Shown here: in pieces, positions 54,331 to 63,960 of the stretch
Numbering within the stretch: position 1 is the stretch's first letter
How the letters are laid out: each line of letters starts with the position of its first letter
The notes under the pieces: generated by a model
The model's database searches: none
Seen by the model: only the letters and a program-made list of their open reading frames with translations
What the model was told of the DNA's origin: nothing
Made by a program: the position numbers and the translations under genes
Origin: a virus
Lineage: Duplodnaviria > Caudoviricetes
Virus record (IMG/VR): IMGVR_UViG_3300050509_000221
Location: 18,664-82,663 of that record
Strand: one strand, 5' to 3'
DNA length: 64,000 bases

Positions 54331-54619
54331 CCGGGAGGTCGTCGTCCTCCCCGCCGAAGTCGACGGCGATCGTGTCGAGCTTCTCGAACTCCGGTTCCGC
54401 AATGAGGTACGGCAGGCGCGGTTCGCCGTTCGCTCGACGAGCGAGCCACCAGAGCACGCACACGGTGACGTCGGAAACGTCAGCCATCCAGGCCTCGAGC
54501 GACAACCCGGTCTCGATCTTGCACGCTCGCTTCTCGCCGAGCGACAAGTTGCCGTACACAAGCACCATCTCGTTGCCGTTAGCGGTAACGGTGAGCGCGG
54601 TCGGTTCCTCGCCTGCCAT
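54323..54619 (-). CDS. Tail assembly chaperone, module B
   Basis: Between the tail tube and tape measure genes. Confidence 0.7.
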   Translation of the reverse strand: MAGEEPTALTVTANGNEMVLVYGNLSLGEKRACKIETGLSLEAWMADVSDVTVCVLWWLARRANGEPRLPYLIAEPEFEKLDTIAVDFGGEDDDLPES

Positions 54620-54628
54620 GGTGCTCCC

Positions 54629-55096
54629 TCAGTTGATGACGTGCAGACCGCGACGCGCTTGGACGCGGCCGCCCCCTGCGTTCTCGATGATGCGGACGAG
54701 GTCGCCGAGCATCTCGTCGTACTGCTCGGCCACCTCGGACTCGTGACGACGCGCTGCGTCCCACAGGAAGGGGCGGGCGCGGATCGGGTTGCGCCCCATT
54801 CGGTTCCCTGGCGGCGAACCGACATTCCCCGTCGTGCGACCCCAATGGATCGCGCCCGCGTAACCGACTCGCGCTTGACCGGCTACGGCGCGACCGGAAC
54901 GCTGCGAGCCGAGAGCGCGAAGCGACCGGCTCAGCGCGCCGGAGCGCACAGGGACGGCGGGGAGCGCTCGATCGACGACGATCTGAGCCGCGCTCTTGTT
55001 CGCGCCCCCAAGCAGGGAGGGCAAGCCGTCGCCGGCAGAACGCAGTGCCGAGCGCAGTTCCTTGCCGCCCTCGACGCGAACCCCAAGGGAGGCCAC
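54629..55096 (-). CDS. Neck protein (HK97 gp10-like)
   Basis: VRVEGGKEL, PVRSGALSRS, YAGAIHWG and RPFLWDA. Confidence 0.75.
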   Translation of the reverse strand: MASLGVRVEGGKELRSALRSAGDGLPSLLGGANKSAAQIVVDRALPAVPVRSGALSRSLRALGSQRSGRAVAGQARVGYAGAIHWGRTTGNVGSPPGNRMGRNPIRARPFLWDAARRHESEVAEQYDEMLGDLVRIIENAGGGRVQARRGLHVIN

Positions 55097-55098
55097 GG

Positions 55099-55533
55099 TC
55101 AGGCCGTGGTGGTCGTCACGTCACCCGTGACGGTGAGCTCCACCGTGACCGCGTTCGGGTTGCCGACATCCGAGTCGACGTTCAGGCCGGACAGGAAGCA
55201 CTCTCCGGTCATCTTCGGGTACGTCGAGGTCGTGCCCGCCGGGTAGTACTCGAACGAGAGCGACCCATTGCCGGACGTGAGTCCGCCGCCGTTGCCCCAG
55301 ATCGTCGCGAAGTGGGCGTACAGCGCGCCGTCGAAGGGGCCAGCGAGGGGAATCTTGTCGCCGTCCTTCAAGCCGGGGATGCGGGTCTTGGCCGCAGCAC
55401 CGAACGTCGTGGTGTCGAGCATGTCGACCTTGAGTCCGACACCACCCTTGTTGAGGTACGCGGACAGGTCGACGAGCGAACCTGCGCCGCTGTCGACCTT
55501 GATGACCGCGTTCTTGCCGGCGGAGAAAGCCAC
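55099..55533 (-). CDS. Major tail (tube) protein, module B
   Basis: DTTTFG...IPGLKDG...YYPAG...GECFLSG...LTVTG. Confidence 0.75.
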   Translation of the reverse strand: MAFSAGKNAVIKVDSGAGSLVDLSAYLNKGGVGLKVDMLDTTTFGAAAKTRIPGLKDGDKIPLAGPFDGALYAHFATIWGNGGGLTSGNGSLSFEYYPAGTTSTYPKMTGECFLSGLNVDSDVGNPNAVTVELTVTGDVTTTTA

Positions 55534-55602
55534 AGGGGACTCCTTGGATCAGCCCGCGAGCGGGCAAGGGTGAAGGGCCGAACGAGGGGGTAACGGGGGA
55601 TG

Positions 55603-56322
55603 TCAGCGACGAGCGAAGGACATCTGGAACGTCACAGACCCGGAGCCCGTGACATCCGCGAACGCACGCAGGTACCGGTTGACGGTGCCTGTCGCGGTCT
55701 TGCGTTCCGAGCCGACCGCGGTGACGGACGCGAAGCTCACCAGGTCGCTCCACGACGAGTTGTCCGTCGAGTGCTGCACCTTGAACGCCACGCTCGTCAG
55801 GCCCGAATAGGCGGTGACGTGCAACGCGCCGGCGCCGCCGCGTGCGGAGCTGCCCGCGTTGTCGACACCGGTACCGTTCGTGTCGGTGGTGATCGCAGCA
55901 AGATCGGCGAGGGACACCCCGGTGAGGTCGAGCACGTCATCGGCTTGGAGGTCGAGGGTCCAGCCAACGACCCCGCCCACATCGGCGTCGATCGGGTAGG
56001 ACTCCTCGCGGGGCGTGCCGAGAATCACCGGGTTCCCGCGGGCGAAGCCGGTCGGCGCGTAGGAGAACACGTCCGCGGTCGCGACGCCGAGCATGTCGAA
56101 CATCTGCCGGTGTTGCGCTGTCGCGTCGGTGTCGGTGTCGAGGTAGCCAGCGACGGACACCTTGCCATCGGAATGTCCAGGAATCCGCGTGCGCGACGAG
56201 TTGACCATCGTTGTCGTCTCGAGCATGTCGATCGTGCCGGCGACACCGACCTTCGTCGCGTAGCCAGAGAGAGCGAAGTCGCCGAGGATCACCCGCGCGG
56301 CCTGAGCCGATGAAGCCGACAT
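55603..56322 (-). CDS. Tail-associated structural protein
   Basis: The N-terminal half resembles a tube protein (LETTTM...IPGHSDGKV); the C-terminal half is beta-rich. Confidence 0.6.
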   Translation of the reverse strand: MSASSAQAARVILGDFALSGYATKVGVAGTIDMLETTTMVNSSRTRIPGHSDGKVSVAGYLDTDTDATAQHRQMFDMLGVATADVFSYAPTGFARGNPVILGTPREESYPIDADVGGVVGWTLDLQADDVLDLTGVSLADLAAITTDTNGTGVDNAGSSARGGAGALHVTAYSGLTSVAFKVQHSTDNSSWSDLVSFASVTAVGSERKTATGTVNRYLRAFADVTGSGSVTFQMSFARR

Positions 56323-56474
56323 CAGCCCTCCACTTCTTCGAGCACGCCGTCAGCGAGCCACTGCTTCGCGACCTTCACGGGAACATCGGTGACGATCTCG
56401 CCAGGCTCGCCGCGCACTTCGGCGCCCTTGACGAGATAGTTGACCCCGACGAGTACGCGGTACGAGTCAGCCAT
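56322..56474 (-). CDS. Small hypothetical protein (50 aa)
   Basis: My translation MADSYRVLVGVNY...WLADGVLEEVEG; TGATG overlap. Confidence 0.55.
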   Translation of the reverse strand: MADSYRVLVGVNYLVKGAEVRGEPGEIVTDVPVKVAKQWLADGVLEEVEG

Positions 56475-56904
56475 TCGCCATCATCTCCAACTCGAAACGC
56501 GCGCCGAGGTAGGTGACGCCAGTGATCTCCAGCCAGCCGTAATCCACGATGCGCTTCACGGTCAGCCAATCGAGCACGGCTGCGATCGGGTTCTCGGTCG
56601 GGTTTGCAGGGTCGAACCGTTCGAGCGTCGCCTTCACCGACAAACTTCCAGACGACGCGCAGTAGGCGTCGAGGTTCTCCTGCGAGGTGCGATCCATCGC
56701 GGTCGACACGCAGACGGTGAGTCCGAGCGTGTAGTAGTCCGCTCCGCGCGCCATCGTGGTGTCGAAGTCGATCGCGAGTGGATGAACGAACCCGGTCGGT
56801 GGCGTGATCTTGTTCGGGACGTACGCACGTGCGCGCGTACCCAGCACGGGGATCGGTGCAAGGCTCGCTGCGATCGCTGTGCGGATCTCTGCGAGCTCGG
56901 CCAT
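56467..56904 (-). CDS. Tail terminator
   Basis: Position in the neck block; SVKATLE...YLGARFEL. Confidence 0.65.
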   Translation of the reverse strand: MAELAEIRTAIAASLAPIPVLGTRARAYVPNKITPPTGFVHPLAIDFDTTMARGADYYTLGLTVCVSTAMDRTSQENLDAYCASSGSLSVKATLERFDPANPTENPIAAVLDWLTVKRIVDYGWLEITGVTYLGARFELEMMANG

Positions 56905-57524
56905 CAGCCGATCGCCACTGACCGCGCGACGCGCCGGTACCCACTCAAGGGGCGGACGAAGTCGGGATCATCGAAGTGCGAGACGCGCACCGGACCGAAC
57001 GCCTCGAACCCCCCAAGGATGCCTTCGGGTGAGTCCTTGCGGCGGAACAGACGCGCACCTTCGATCAACGTCGCGGTACGGATCGGGGCCGGGATGCTCG
57101 ACCATCCCCACGCCGCGGTGACTTGCACCGCGGCACGGTTCGTCATCGTCGGGAACCGACGAAGCCCGACCGCGATGATCTCCTCGTACGGCCACGGACG
57201 TCCGCGCTTGAGGCCGTTCGATGGCCGCAACGCGAAGTCGGTGCCGTACGTCCAGGTCGTCTCGTACGTGCCGTCGTCGTTGTCGTCGGTCTTCACGACG
57301 AGACCGGTCGTCGACCAGAAGTCGTGGACCATCAGGTAGCCCGACGTGTCCGCGTGGTACGTCCGTGCGGACGCGTCGACGATCTCGGTCTTGTCGAAGC
57401 TCCGACCGGCCCATCCGACCGCGACGTCGCATGCGGTGTCGGCGGCAAGGTCGAACTCGGTGGAGTCCTCCGTGTCGTTGACGCCCATGTACGCGGCGAG
57501 GTCGTTCCCGGTGATGATCGGCAA
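56904..57524 (-). CDS. Head-to-tail adaptor, module B
   Basis: VQVTAAWGW..IPAPIRTATLIEGARLFRRKDSP. Confidence 0.8.
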   Translation of the reverse strand: MPIITGNDLAAYMGVNDTEDSTEFDLAADTACDVAVGWAGRSFDKTEIVDASARTYHADTSGYLMVHDFWSTTGLVVKTDDNDDGTYETTWTYGTDFALRPSNGLKRGRPWPYEEIIAVGLRRFPTMTNRAAVQVTAAWGWSSIPAPIRTATLIEGARLFRRKDSPEGILGGFEAFGPVRVSHFDDPDFVRPLSGYRRVARSVAIG

Positions 57525-57527
57525 GGG

Positions 57528-57944
57528 TCAGCCTTCGACGTCGGGGTCTTCGTCAGGGTCCGGGTCGTCGCCGGTCGCGGTCAGGGGGGTGAGCCTCTCG
57601 ACGATCGCGGCGCGGGACTTCGCGGTATCGAGGTCGATGCCGCGTTCCTCCGCGAGTGCTCGCAGCGCCTTGACGTTCAGCCCCGCGAACGGGTCGCCAC
57701 CTTCCGGTTCGGACTCGACCGCCTTGCGTACCCAGCGGGTCGTCTCGACCGTCTCGAACCCGCCGCCGGGCACGGCGACACGATCGGTCGCGGTGACGAC
57801 CTGCTCGCAGGAGTCGGGGTCGATCGGCTGGATGTCGCCCTTGGAGAGCTGCTCCTGGAACCGTTCGGCGGCGAACCCCGAGTCTGGGATGTCCAGCTCG
57901 AGGATGTCGCCGCCGACGGTCAGGAACAGGCCAGTTGCGGGCAT
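57528..57944 (-). CDS. Protein with Rho-N/HeH-like helical domain
   Basis: LNVKALRALAEERGIDL...SRAAIVERL. Confidence 0.55.
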   Translation of the reverse strand: MPATGLFLTVGGDILELDIPDSGFAAERFQEQLSKGDIQPIDPDSCEQVVTATDRVAVPGGGFETVETTRWVRKAVESEPEGGDPFAGLNVKALRALAEERGIDLDTAKSRAAIVERLTPLTATGDDPDPDEDPDVEG

Positions 57945-58309
57945 CAGCGGGGCACCCGCACCGCGGAGACGGTGCCGGCGAACGACGCGGCCAGGTCGAT
58001 CAGCAGCGTGCCGTCGTTCTGGGCGAACCGTGCCGACTCCAAGCCGGCGACGGTGATGTCGCCCGTGGTGGCGGGGACGGTGATGTCGAGGTTGCCTTGT
58101 CCGGCAGAGAGCGCCGGGGGGTTGTCGCCTGCGACGATCGTCGCGACCCGGTCGGAGCCGTTCGTGTTCGTGAAGCGGAACACGTACTCCTCCAGCGGGT
58201 AGCCGGCGAGGTCGACGATGTGGTCGTTGGTGGTGTCGGCAGTGACACCCGCGTTGGTGGTGGCACCGGTGCGGGAGAGAACGCCGACGGTGACTGCGGT
58301 ACGAGCCAT
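57944..58309 (-). CDS. Capsid decoration-like protein
   Basis: Beta-rich protein directly after the capsid gene. Confidence 0.55.
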   Translation of the reverse strand: MARTAVTVGVLSRTGATTNAGVTADTTNDHIVDLAGYPLEEYVFRFTNTNGSDRVATIVAGDNPPALSAGQGNLDITVPATTGDITVAGLESARFAQNDGTLLIDLAASFAGTVSAVRVPR

Positions 58310-58351
58310 GAGGGTTGCTCCTTGACTGGAACGGAACGTGGACGACAAGCA

Positions 58352-58378
58352 GCCCCGCCCGCGGGGAACGGGCGGGGC
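58352..58378. terminator. Hairpin after the module B capsid gene
   Basis: GCCCCGCCCG-CGGGGAA-CGGGCGGGGC, 10-bp stem. Confidence 0.5.
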
Positions 58379-58385
58379 CTACTGG

Positions 58386-59222
58386 TCAGGTGATGCTCGC
58401 GACGACCGTGGCGATCGCGTCGGGACGGACGAGCTTGGCGCCGTAGACGTGCAGCCCACGGACACCGGTGCCGAAGGTCGTCTGGAGGCGCAGGTTCTCC
58501 ACCTCGACGATCTGCTCGGCGTAGCTGATCGCCATCGGATGACCGGCGATGACGGCGTAGTCGTCGCCGGTGACGAGCGGCGCGTTGTTCGACATCAGCA
58601 CGTCGAAACCGAGACCTCGACCGATGATGCCGTTGCGCAGCGCCTGGTCGGTGCCGGACGCGTCGACTCGCACGAACCGGTCGTCTTCGAGCAGCAGGCC
58701 CTCGTACCAGGACGGCACGACGGCGTAGCGGCCTTCGAGCGGCACGTTCGCCTCGTCGAGCTTCGTCTTGAGCTTGCGGAGCTGCGTGTACGCCAGCGCT
58801 GCGGTCGTCACGGAGACGGTGCCGATCGCGTTGGCCGACTGCGCGCCGGTGTAGAGCGACGCGACGTACTGGTCTGCGAGGTCACGCAGCCCGTAGGTCG
58901 CCTCCGACAGCGCGCCGTCGAGTTCACCGCCAGGGCTCTGTGCCGTGTCGATGTCGTCGACCACGAACGAGAAGCTCTTGGCCTGGTCGATCCGCAGCAC
59001 ACGGTCGGCGTCGGTCAGGGTCTCGTAGGTGAGCGTGCCGTTCTTCGCGTACGTCGAGATCGTCGGACGCGAGATCGACCGGATGTGGACGGTGTCGCCC
59101 TGGTTGGCGATGTCTCCCTCGTAGTTGCGGTTCACCACGGTGGGCTGGCCGTACACGAGGTTCTTCTTGAGGGACTCCAGGATCTGGGCGGCCCAGATTT
59201 CCGGGATGAACGTGAGTGGCAT
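58386..59222 (-). CDS. Major capsid protein, module B (278 aa)
   Basis: FIPEIWAAQIL...NRNYEGDI...GDTVHI...GLHVYGAKLVRP. Confidence 0.9.
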   Translation of the reverse strand: MPLTFIPEIWAAQILESLKKNLVYGQPTVVNRNYEGDIANQGDTVHIRSISRPTISTYAKNGTLTYETLTDADRVLRIDQAKSFSFVVDDIDTAQSPGGELDGALSEATYGLRDLADQYVASLYTGAQSANAIGTVSVTTAALAYTQLRKLKTKLDEANVPLEGRYAVVPSWYEGLLLEDDRFVRVDASGTDQALRNGIIGRGLGFDVLMSNNAPLVTGDDYAVIAGHPMAISYAEQIVEVENLRLQTTFGTGVRGLHVYGAKLVRPDAIATVVASIT

Positions 59223-59246
59223 CGGGTTCTCCTTGACGTGAGCCGG

Positions 59247-59894
59247 CTACGTGATGCCCTGCATCTCGTCGAGTTGGCCCTTCGAGCGGGCCTCGACGAT
59301 CTGCTCGGGCGTCATGGTCTTGAGGTCGTCCCGGCGGAGCTGCGCGGGGCGGTCGCCGCGTGCGCCTCCATCGGGGCTACCGGGGCCAGTCGGCTTCGCG
59401 CCTGCGGCCAGGTAGGGCTTGTGCTTCACCAGGTCCGCGATCGCCGCGTCGATGGTCTTGTCGTCCACCGATCCGTCGTCACCCTTCGCGAGTGCAGACG
59501 CGTCGATGAGCTTGGTGGCATCGCTCGGGTCCGCGAGTTTCCCGGCGGCTCGGGCGAGGAGTTGCGCGTCGAGCAGTCGCTGCTCGTACGCGGTGGTGAC
59601 TTCGGACCGTGCAGCGTCCGCGGCTTCCTTACGGGCCGCTGCGATCGCGCGTTCGGTCTCGGACTTGTTCGCGTTCTCGAACTCGTCGAGGCGCGTCTTC
59701 AACGCATCGCGCTCAGAGGCTGCGTCGCGTGCGGCACGTTCGGCGCTCGACCGTGCGGCACGTTCGGCGTCGAGGGCACGCTTGCCTGCGTCGCCGAGCA
59801 CGTCCGGCGGCGGGTCGGCCGGGGGTGCGGGGGGTGGTGCAGGCAGAGCGGGCGGCTCGTCGGGCGCGTAGAGGTACAGGGGGTTGCGGAGCAT
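59247..59894 (-). CDS. Scaffolding protein
   Basis: LGDAGKRALDAER...KSETERA...LADPSDA...KPYLA. Confidence 0.8.
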   Translation of the reverse strand: MLRNPLYLYAPDEPPALPAPPPAPPADPPPDVLGDAGKRALDAERAARSSAERAARDAASERDALKTRLDEFENANKSETERAIAAARKEAADAARSEVTTAYEQRLLDAQLLARAAGKLADPSDATKLIDASALAKGDDGSVDDKTIDAAIADLVKHKPYLAAGAKPTGPGSPDGGARGDRPAQLRRDDLKTMTPEQIVEARSKGQLDEMQGIT

Positions 59895-59941
59895 CGCGCT
59901 CCTCCTTGATGACAGGCCGAGGCGTCGCGCCCCGACGAGGG

Positions 59942-60313
59942 TCAGTCGGCGTCGTCGAATGCGGTCCAGGCCGGTTGGGCCTTGGTCCCGCTGTTGCGAT
60001 GCCACACGCCGGTGTCGAGTCGAACGACGAGGCTTCCCTTGCCGTAGACGCCTTCGCCCGTCGCGGGCGGTGAGCCGTCCGTGTAGTCGACGGGCGCGCC
60101 TGCGGTGGTCGCGACGTACAGGTCGTTGCCGAGGTACAGCGGCGTGGACAGCGCGCCACTCACACCGGAAGCGACCGCGGCTGCCACGGTGGACGCGGAC
60201 ACCCACGACACGACACCGTCGACGACCGAGAGGTACTTCGCCTCGCCGTCCACGGCTGGCGTCGGGATGGATGCGAGTGCCGCGACGGTTGCCGCGTTGC
60301 GAGGTTCGGCCAT
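59942..60313 (-). CDS. Small virion protein between portal and scaffold
   Basis: GKGSLVVRLDTGVWHRNSGTKAQPAW resembles head-fibre motifs. Confidence 0.5.
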   Translation of the reverse strand: MAEPRNAATVAALASIPTPAVDGEAKYLSVVDGVVSWVSASTVAAAVASGVSGALSTPLYLGNDLYVATTAGAPVDYTDGSPPATGEGVYGKGSLVVRLDTGVWHRNSGTKAQPAWTAFDDAD

Positions 60314-60322
60314 CGGGCGCTC

Positions 60323-61774
60323 CTACTCGGTTGGTGCGGGTCGCGCGTCTTGGGATTGCGTGGCGTACGCGGTCGGGTCGATGCCGAGCTCGCGCATCTC
60401 GGCCATCTGCGCCTTGAACCGTTCGATCTCCGTCGGCGAGTAGCCGGCGCGTTCCCACAGCGCGGGAAGCGGAACCCCGAGAGAGCGCTGCTTCACGATG
60501 GCGTCGATGTGTTCGGCCTCGGACCGCGATTCGGGGTCGCGCCAGATCGTCTCGATGTGCGCGCCCGCGGCGCGCTTCTTGTCGCCCGCGGCGAGGAACG
60601 CGAGTCGTACGGTCGCTTCGTGTGCTTCGCCGAAGTGGCGCATCTTGCGGCGGGCCTTCGCGACCAGTCCGGTCTCGGCGCTCTTGATGCTCTCGCCGGA
60701 GGGGAACTGGCCGGACAGGTAGAAGTAGTGCGGCGGGGTGCGGGTCTGTGACGCGATGTGCTGGACGATCAACTCGATCGCGGTCGTGTAGTTGCCCAGC
60801 TCGGTGACGTCGAAGTTGCCGAACTGCGTGTCCTTGTCGGGCGACGTCCACAGCCGGTTGATCGCATGCTGGAACGACTCTGACGGCCCCTTCTCGTCGG
60901 GGTCCTCGGGGATCTCCAGGCCGGTTGCCCACCGTTGACGGAACGCCGCGAACTCCGAGGCGACCATCATGTCGGCGAGGAGCTTGTTGGTGGCGTCCTG
61001 CATCGGGATCACGTTCTTGATCTCCGACACGCCTGTCCCGCGGATGCGGGGCTTGTTGTACAGCGGCACGACGGGGACGACACCGAGCGGGTTCGGCAAC
61101 GGCCACGGCTCATCGGCGACGAGACGGGCGGTCCATCCCCCGAACGCGGTCGACGTCCAGCCCGACACGCCACCCTGCGACGCCATCGCGCCGAGGCGAC
61201 GTTCGTACTTCCACACCGCGCCCGGCAGGTACAGCGTCGCGTACAGCATCGCGGCGTCCGAATCCCGCCACACCTTCAACGCCGCGAGTCGTTCACGTCG
61301 CGCGCCGGCGGCGTGCTGGACGATCATCTCCTGCGGGTCCTCGACGCAGATCAGCGGCGTCTTCTCACCCGGCCACACCAACGTGTAGGCCATGCCGTTG
61401 ACGAGCGCCTCGGTGTGGACGAGCTGCGAATCGGCGTCGAGCTGGTTCGCCTGCCAGAACTCCCACGCGCGCTTCTCGCCGGTCTTGTCGTTCGGGAGTC
61501 GGAATCCTTCGACATCCAGGCGTTCCTCGACCGCGTCGACGACGAGCTCGGTCCAGTTGTCGGCGAACTCGGTGAACAGCCCGGCGAACGCTTCACGGAA
61601 CTTCCCGGTGGCGAACAGCAACGGGTGGTCCCCGGTGTAGTACCGGTCGTACTTAGCGATGGTCCGGTTGCGATCCGCAAGGGCTCGTTCGAGCTTCACG
61701 ACCCACGCGAGCGCCACCCTCGCATCGCTCGCCATCGAGACGTTCGAGTACTCGGCGAGGGAGGTCACGGTCAC
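60323..61774 (-). CDS. Portal protein (SPP1 gp6-like), module B
   Basis: NWTELVVDAVEERL, PSGESIKSAETGLVAK and IETIWRDPE. Confidence 0.9.
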   Translation of the reverse strand: MTVTSLAEYSNVSMASDARVALAWVVKLERALADRNRTIAKYDRYYTGDHPLLFATGKFREAFAGLFTEFADNWTELVVDAVEERLDVEGFRLPNDKTGEKRAWEFWQANQLDADSQLVHTEALVNGMAYTLVWPGEKTPLICVEDPQEMIVQHAAGARRERLAALKVWRDSDAAMLYATLYLPGAVWKYERRLGAMASQGGVSGWTSTAFGGWTARLVADEPWPLPNPLGVVPVVPLYNKPRIRGTGVSEIKNVIPMQDATNKLLADMMVASEFAAFRQRWATGLEIPEDPDEKGPSESFQHAINRLWTSPDKDTQFGNFDVTELGNYTTAIELIVQHIASQTRTPPHYFYLSGQFPSGESIKSAETGLVAKARRKMRHFGEAHEATVRLAFLAAGDKKRAAGAHIETIWRDPESRSEAEHIDAIVKQRSLGVPLPALWERAGYSPTEIERFKAQMAEMRELGIDPTAYATQSQDARPAPTE

Positions 61775-61791
61775 CGTTGCCTCCAGGCCGT

Positions 61792-63261
61792 TCAGAACGA
61801 GACGAGACGCGCCGGCTTCTTCGCTTCACGCGTCGTTGCCCACAAGTGCCGGGCGACGGTCGCCGCGACGAGCGGGCTGATGTCCACCGCCGAATCGCGC
61901 CGTGACCACTTCCACGAGTCGCCAACCTGACGGCGACCCGCACCCTCCACCGCGGCGTTCAACGCGAGCTCGCCACGATGCACGAGGGTGTGACCTACCG
62001 CGTCACGCAGGAACGCCTCGCATGCCTGCGCCGACTCACGACCGTCGAGCAGCACGAGCTTCCCGTTCGGGGTCTTCGGTCCCCGGATGACGAACCCGGC
62101 CTTCTCGAGGTCGGGAATCAACGCGCCCGCCGGGCCTGTCGGGTCCATCCCGATCGCGGAGACGTCGTGTTCGGCGTCCAGTTCAACGAGACGCGGGACG
62201 ATCCACCCGGTGCCCGGCTGATGCGCGGTGACGTGCAACGCGCCACCACAGGTGACGATCCCGCCCGACATGTGACCAGGCGCGACATCGAAGCCGAGGG
62301 TGCAGGGCTCGTCGATCGTCGCTGTCGCGTTGGTGCATGCGGCCCACGCGTCCGCCGGGATTCCACCGCCGCCGAGGGCAGGTTCGTCCCACCATCCGAG
62401 GAACTCGCGGGCGAACTCCTCCGGTGGGAGGGAGCGGCGCATCGCGGCGACGAACTCGATCGAGATACGCCGGCCGAGCGCAAGGTTGGCCTCTTGCCAC
62501 AGGGCACGGTCGTCGAGGACACAGCCGACTGAGCCGAAACGGTGGTCACAGTTCGGCGCATCACATGGTCGTTCCGTCGCGCACCATTCGATCCAGACGA
62601 GACCAGGGTCACCGCCTGGCCGACCCCGATCACGGAGGCGTCGCAGCATCTCGGAGTAGATCAGCCCGGCCGACGAGCCGTACCGGACTTGCGGGTCGCC
62701 GGTCATCGACATCGCCGCCATGGTCGGCAGCAACGAACCGAGGTGGGTGGCTTGCCCGGCGAACCACTCGTCCATGAACAACCGTGGCGCAGTGAGTCCT
62801 CGACCGCCGCCCTTCGTGCGGGCCTTGAACCGGAGGCGCTGGCCGGACATGAACTCGATGCCTTCGTCGCCGTTCGCGTGGTTGATCTTCTTCACCCGAC
62901 GGGAGATCAACGGCGAACCCTCGACGAGGTGCTCCATGTCGAGGAACGCTTCCATCGCGGTGTTGAACTCGTGCGCCGACCACACGACGAGCGGCTGATC
63001 GAACAGCAGCAGGTCGCCCCAGGCTTGCGCCTTGAAAACGTGGGTCTTGATGTTCTGGCGAGGTGCGACGATCGCAGCTTCCAACGCGGCGAGCTTGCCG
63101 TCCGCGCCGATAGCGTTGATGGCGTCGAGGGCCAGTTCCTGCTCCGGGTCGAGAGGCAACCCGATCTCGTGGGCGAGGCCAACCACTTCCGGCCCGTACG
63201 TCGAGACGTGCTCCGGCACCCACAGATGGGCGGGACGGACGAGCGTGTCAGCGGACGACAC
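61792..63261 (-). CDS. terL: Terminase large subunit, module B
   Basis: PRQNIKT (Walker A variant), FMDE, NLALG..IS, FAREFLGWW and DISPLVAA. Confidence 0.9.
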   Translation of the reverse strand: MSSADTLVRPAHLWVPEHVSTYGPEVVGLAHEIGLPLDPEQELALDAINAIGADGKLAALEAAIVAPRQNIKTHVFKAQAWGDLLLFDQPLVVWSAHEFNTAMEAFLDMEHLVEGSPLISRRVKKINHANGDEGIEFMSGQRLRFKARTKGGGRGLTAPRLFMDEWFAGQATHLGSLLPTMAAMSMTGDPQVRYGSSAGLIYSEMLRRLRDRGRPGGDPGLVWIEWCATERPCDAPNCDHRFGSVGCVLDDRALWQEANLALGRRISIEFVAAMRRSLPPEEFAREFLGWWDEPALGGGGIPADAWAACTNATATIDEPCTLGFDVAPGHMSGGIVTCGGALHVTAHQPGTGWIVPRLVELDAEHDVSAIGMDPTGPAGALIPDLEKAGFVIRGPKTPNGKLVLLDGRESAQACEAFLRDAVGHTLVHRGELALNAAVEGAGRRQVGDSWKWSRRDSAVDISPLVAATVARHLWATTREAKKPARLVSF

Positions 63262-63667
63262 TGAGCCGACGTTCGCCAGTCTTCATGCGGAGCTGGTCGA
63301 TCGGATCAGCAGCACGTTCCGCGTCCTTCAACGCGAGCTCCATCGCCGCTCGGTACTCCCTGTGCAGCGCGGCAACACTCGACCCGGAATCGCGAGCTCC
63401 GCGCATCAGACGCTCAGCGAGGAACATCGCGCTGTGCCCTTCCGGGGAACCGAGACGCCCAGCATCCTCGAGACGCTTGCGGGTCGCGGCAGCCAGATCA
63501 TCCGTCTCGCCATCAGGCGCCGGTAGCGGCAACACGACTCCGCCAGCGCGCCGTTCAGCGCGCCACACCCGATCGCGTTCACGCTTGCACTCGATCCGAT
63601 CACAGAACCGCGACCGCTTCGTCTTCGCCTCGTACGGCTCGGCGCACGCATCGCACGGACGCTCCAT
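63248..63667 (-). CDS. terS: Terminase small subunit, module B
   Basis: Upstream of TerL; SVAALHREYRAAMELAL...DPIDQLR. Confidence 0.7.
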   Translation of the reverse strand: MERPCDACAEPYEAKTKRSRFCDRIECKRERDRVWRAERRAGGVVLPLPAPDGETDDLAAATRKRLEDAGRLGSPEGHSAMFLAERLMRGARDSGSSVAALHREYRAAMELALKDAERAADPIDQLRMKTGERRLSVVR

Positions 63668-63684
63668 CGCGCGGCCTCCCGCGG

Positions 63685-63960
63685 TCACCACCCAGGCGGT
63701 GGCGGTGGGTCGAATCGGTCAGCACGACGACGGTTCGTCACCCGCGCACCAGCAGCCCGGTTGCACGACGCGTGCTCCGGTCCCGTCCACGACTTCCGAT
63801 CATCGGAATGCCCGAGGTCCCACGGATCGTCCGGCTGAATCCGATCACCACACCGCGCGCACGACGCCTGCCCTGAACGGACCAGCGGCTCGATCGACTC
63901 CCGCATCCGGCGGTGATCCGGCCCGTAACCCCTCGCAGCCGGAGACAGCTTCCGCTTCAC
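63685..63960 (-). CDS. HNH endonuclease next to the terminase
   Basis: RGYGPDH...CARCG...WDLGH...GPEHASCN. Confidence 0.85.
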   Translation of the reverse strand: MKRKLSPAARGYGPDHRRMRESIEPLVRSGQASCARCGDRIQPDDPWDLGHSDDRKSWTGPEHASCNRAAGARVTNRRRADRFDPPPPPGW

